A stretch of 64,000 bases of DNA from Microcystaceae cyanobacterium (lineage in GTDB: Bacteria; Cyanobacteriota; Cyanobacteriia; Cyanobacteriales; Microcystaceae): assembly GCA_041746575.1 (NCBI GenBank), contig JBGTGT010000121.1, positions 32,001 through 96,000 of the forward strand, read 5' to 3'. A model generated the notes under the pieces. It ran no database searches. It was not told the DNA's origin and was given only the letters and a program-made list of their open reading frames with translations. Position numbers and translations under genes: made by a program. Positions 61,592 through 64,000 of this stretch are shown here, piece after piece; the stretch's first letter is position 1; each line of letters starts with the position of its first letter.

Positions 61592-62050
61592 AGCAGTAAC
61601 GCTCAGAAATTTTGTATCGCTTAATTATAGCGGTAGGTTTTTCAGATAAGCTCAAAGCGATCGCTGTTTTTTCAGAAATAATGTTAAGAATTGCTGATAC
61701 GCTTTTTTAGTCAATCGTATTGAATCTAGTCTTATTACTTTGTCTCTCACTTTTTGGGTTAATTAAATGAATTCTCCTTTTTAAATGTGTTTCTCTATCT
61801 TGAGATTTTCTTGTTGAGAAATATTGATATATTGAGTGACTCAATTCTTAATTTCTTCTCAACGATGTGCCTTCAAGAAAATCTGAATATTTCTTTTCTC
61901 ACAAGCTTTTAATAACTTAAAAAAGATTTATTTGAAAGTAGAAATGTAAATTCAAGTTTCAACCTCGGTATAATCCACCGTTTAGCAGTTTCCAACCTTT
62001 AAAATGGATTGAGGGAGTTGCAAAAAAGAGCGATCATTTTTTCGGCAATG

Positions 62051-63691
62051 CTACTTTTTAAACTTCATTTGTAACCAAGATTTTGGATTTTTAGGCGTTT
62101 CCTGAGGTTGATTAACTTCTAGATTCAACAAAGGTAAAGTTTCCTCTGTCTTCGTCAATTCTTCAGAAGACGTCTCTGGCGTTTCCCCCGCCAGATATTG
62201 CCTTAAAGCCGTAACATCGCCACGGCTAGCCGCCGCTTTGACATTGCGCTGTAGATGAGCATGAGCGATCGCGTCCTCTTTAGAGCGAGAACTGGTATTA
62301 AAACAGTGTTCCAGATCTTTATAGATACCAATACGACGGATTTTCGTGAAATGTTGTCGTTCGGTATCCAACAATTTGGCCATTAATTCAAGGTGCATGG
62401 CGTCCTCTTGACAAATTTCGCATAAAATATCCCATTCGTCACTACCAAGGAGTTTAGGGTCGTCTGCCCCCAATCGGGGGTCTTGGAATGGCTGTTTCAT
62501 TACGTCTTGGTAAATTTTGGGCAAACTGTCATCAAATTCGTGTTTTTCTTCTAACCAAATCCGCCGAATTTCGCTTAATTCTTCGGGAGTAATTAAGATA
62601 ACTTCTTTGTATTCATCGGGAGCATTTTCACGAACAGAAACTTGTGCTTCTAATACCCTTTTTAACCAATATTCACGCCATTCTCGCAGATAGGGGCCAG
62701 GAATCGGTTCAATTTTTTCTGAGCCAAATAATTCGACTTTGCCGTACAAACGACGGAAATCTCGACGATATTTATCCTTGGGTTCATCTAATTCGTTGCG
62801 AATGTCTAGTAAGGGCTGTAACCATTCTTTTTCAACATCATTTTGAATCATTGCCTCCATGGATTTATCTTTGCTCACCATGGTGCATACCCAACAACCA
62901 AACCGAGAATCGCCACAGCTAGCGGTAGAAGTATCTACAACAAGAGGACATTCATTATCCGCCGTTGCCCCTCGATACATGGTGAATAAATCCTTATTAC
63001 TGATTCCCCAAGGGTTTTCCCACTGCATCAAATACATCCAAACTTCATCTGTCTGCCAATCTTCAATGGGAGTATAAATAAGAGAATTAGGAAGACGAGA
63101 ATTAGGACTCAGTCGCTCTCTTACTCTTCCCTCTTGGTGTTTTTTCATGGTTGCTGCACGCGCCGCACTTTCTGATTTGCGTGAACCTAAAACGACGATA
63201 GTTTCTCCGTTTGCTCTAACCATGTTACGAATGAAATAGTTAACAGGCTGGATTTTCATTCTATCGGTACACCAGCGAAATCCATGACGGGGAGCAGGAT
63301 AGCCTTTGCCAATTAAACAAACCCAAAAAGTAGCACGAATCAAAGGGTGTAATAAGTGGGCATGAAAGGGCATTTTTTGCTTTATTGCCGCCTGAGTCAC
63401 TTTGTCTAAACACTTACGAACCCAAACAGATACCACTGGATTCTCAACAAATGTGTCGGTCGTAATAATATGTATTGTTTTTTGTCGCTTTTCGTAGGGG
63501 AGAGATGCGATCGCATTCCAGATTAACTGAAGGATTGCTGTACTATCTTTTCCCCATGAAACGCCAATAATCCAAGGAATACTATCTGCACAATATAAAT
63601 TTTGAATTTCTTGGCTTAATTTCTCTATATCCTTAACAAGTTCATCTAAGCTACGGTTATGAAAGAGAGAGGATTGAACAATATTCATCAT
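62051..63691 (-). CDS. dndC: DNA phosphorothioation sulfurtransferase DndC
   Basis: PAPS-reductase-like S.GKDS; TDT.VENP; GKGYPAP...RWCT.RMKI.P; ECPLVVD...SCG.SRFGCWVCT.V..DKSM. Confidence 0.92.
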   Translation of the reverse strand: MMNIVQSSLFHNRSLDELVKDIEKLSQEIQNLYCADSIPWIIGVSWGKDSTAILQLIWNAIASLPYEKRQKTIHIITTDTFVENPVVSVWVRKCLDKVTQAAIKQKMPFHAHLLHPLIRATFWVCLIGKGYPAPRHGFRWCTDRMKIQPVNYFIRNMVRANGETIVVLGSRKSESAARAATMKKHQEGRVRERLSPNSRLPNSLIYTPIEDWQTDEVWMYLMQWENPWGISNKDLFTMYRGATADNECPLVVDTSTASCGDSRFGCWVCTMVSKDKSMEAMIQNDVEKEWLQPLLDIRNELDEPKDKYRRDFRRLYGKVELFGSEKIEPIPGPYLREWREYWLKRVLEAQVSVRENAPDEYKEVILITPEELSEIRRIWLEEKHEFDDSLPKIYQDVMKQPFQDPRLGADDPKLLGSDEWDILCEICQEDAMHLELMAKLLDTERQHFTKIRRIGIYKDLEHCFNTSSRSKEDAIAHAHLQRNVKAAASRGDVTALRQYLAGETPETSSEELTKTEETLPLLNLEVNQPQETPKNPKSWLQMKFKK

Positions 63692-63782
63692 TAAAAATCC
63701 CGTAATTTCCTCGATACCTAGACAATTGTAAGGCCGCTATGATGAAAAAATTAATAAATACTGACGCTTAATCATACTACTC

Positions 63783-64000
63783 ATGTTAGAACAAACCCCT
63801 CCAGACCCTATCACAGAACAAATAAACGTAGACAGCGAACTCAAAGGGCATCTACAAGACATTCAGCAACAATTCAATCAAGCCCTCAATACCTATTTTG
63901 GGCAATTTTATCGTGAAACGTGCTATCTTGGTTTGATGTTTGAGCAAGGCAAACGAAAAATGATTCAAATCAACGTTCCTGCTCATGATTTGCCCGTTTT
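63783..64000 (+). CDS. DndB-like protein, N-terminus only (3' truncated by window)
   Basis: ORF open to the window end: MLEQTPP...CYLGLMFEQGKRKMIQINVPAHDLPV. The segment resembles cyanobacterial DndB-family N-termini as I recall them, and the gene is divergent from dndC. Confidence 0.6.
   Translation, partial: MLEQTPPDPITEQINVDSELKGHLQDIQQQFNQALNTYFGQFYRETCYLGLMFEQGKRKMIQINVPAHDLPV

Noticed and set aside
61956..62024. CRISPR array
   Set aside because: Only two short partial similarities, no regular repeat-spacer period and no cas genes. Kept only as a low-interest hairpin.
11056..63077. Short antisense and out-of-frame ORFs inside rpe, tamB, carB, thrS, icd, lpxD, dndC and others
   Set aside because: They are shadow ORFs of well-supported genes with no independent motifs.

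Overview
Cyanobacterial chromosomal window. The assignment rests on recurrent HIP1 octamers (GCGATCGC) and on cyanobacterial-type sqdX, thiE, icd, pentapeptide and CHAT genes; a unicellular Chroococcales-like host is my inference. Most of the window is housekeeping: rnhB, sqdX, rpe, tamB, hflX, thiE, gltS, hisG, aroE, ilvN, ftsL/ftsI-like, pyrE, squalene synthase, ureD, lpxD, carB, thrS and icd. Accessory content comprises an intact ISKra4-family IS with perfect 25-bp IRs that appears to split a 49-aa membrane microprotein gene, a purine/allantoin catabolism cluster, a Uma2 pseudogene, and dndC with a divergent partial dndB-like gene. The strongest candidate for an undescribed system is an AT-rich, tightly coupled three-gene cassette at 51043-53702. 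It encodes a 3-TM membrane protein, an NDT/DUF4406-fold putative nucleotide glycosidase, and an unusual protein with tandem ATP-grasp-like modules plus a phospho-His swivel domain. This layout resembles a nucleotide-signalling or anti-phage module, but that function is inference. hflX appears to need a non-AUG (ATC) start. No tRNA, rRNA or CRISPR array was recognised. All assignments come from motif recognition by eye; no searches were run.
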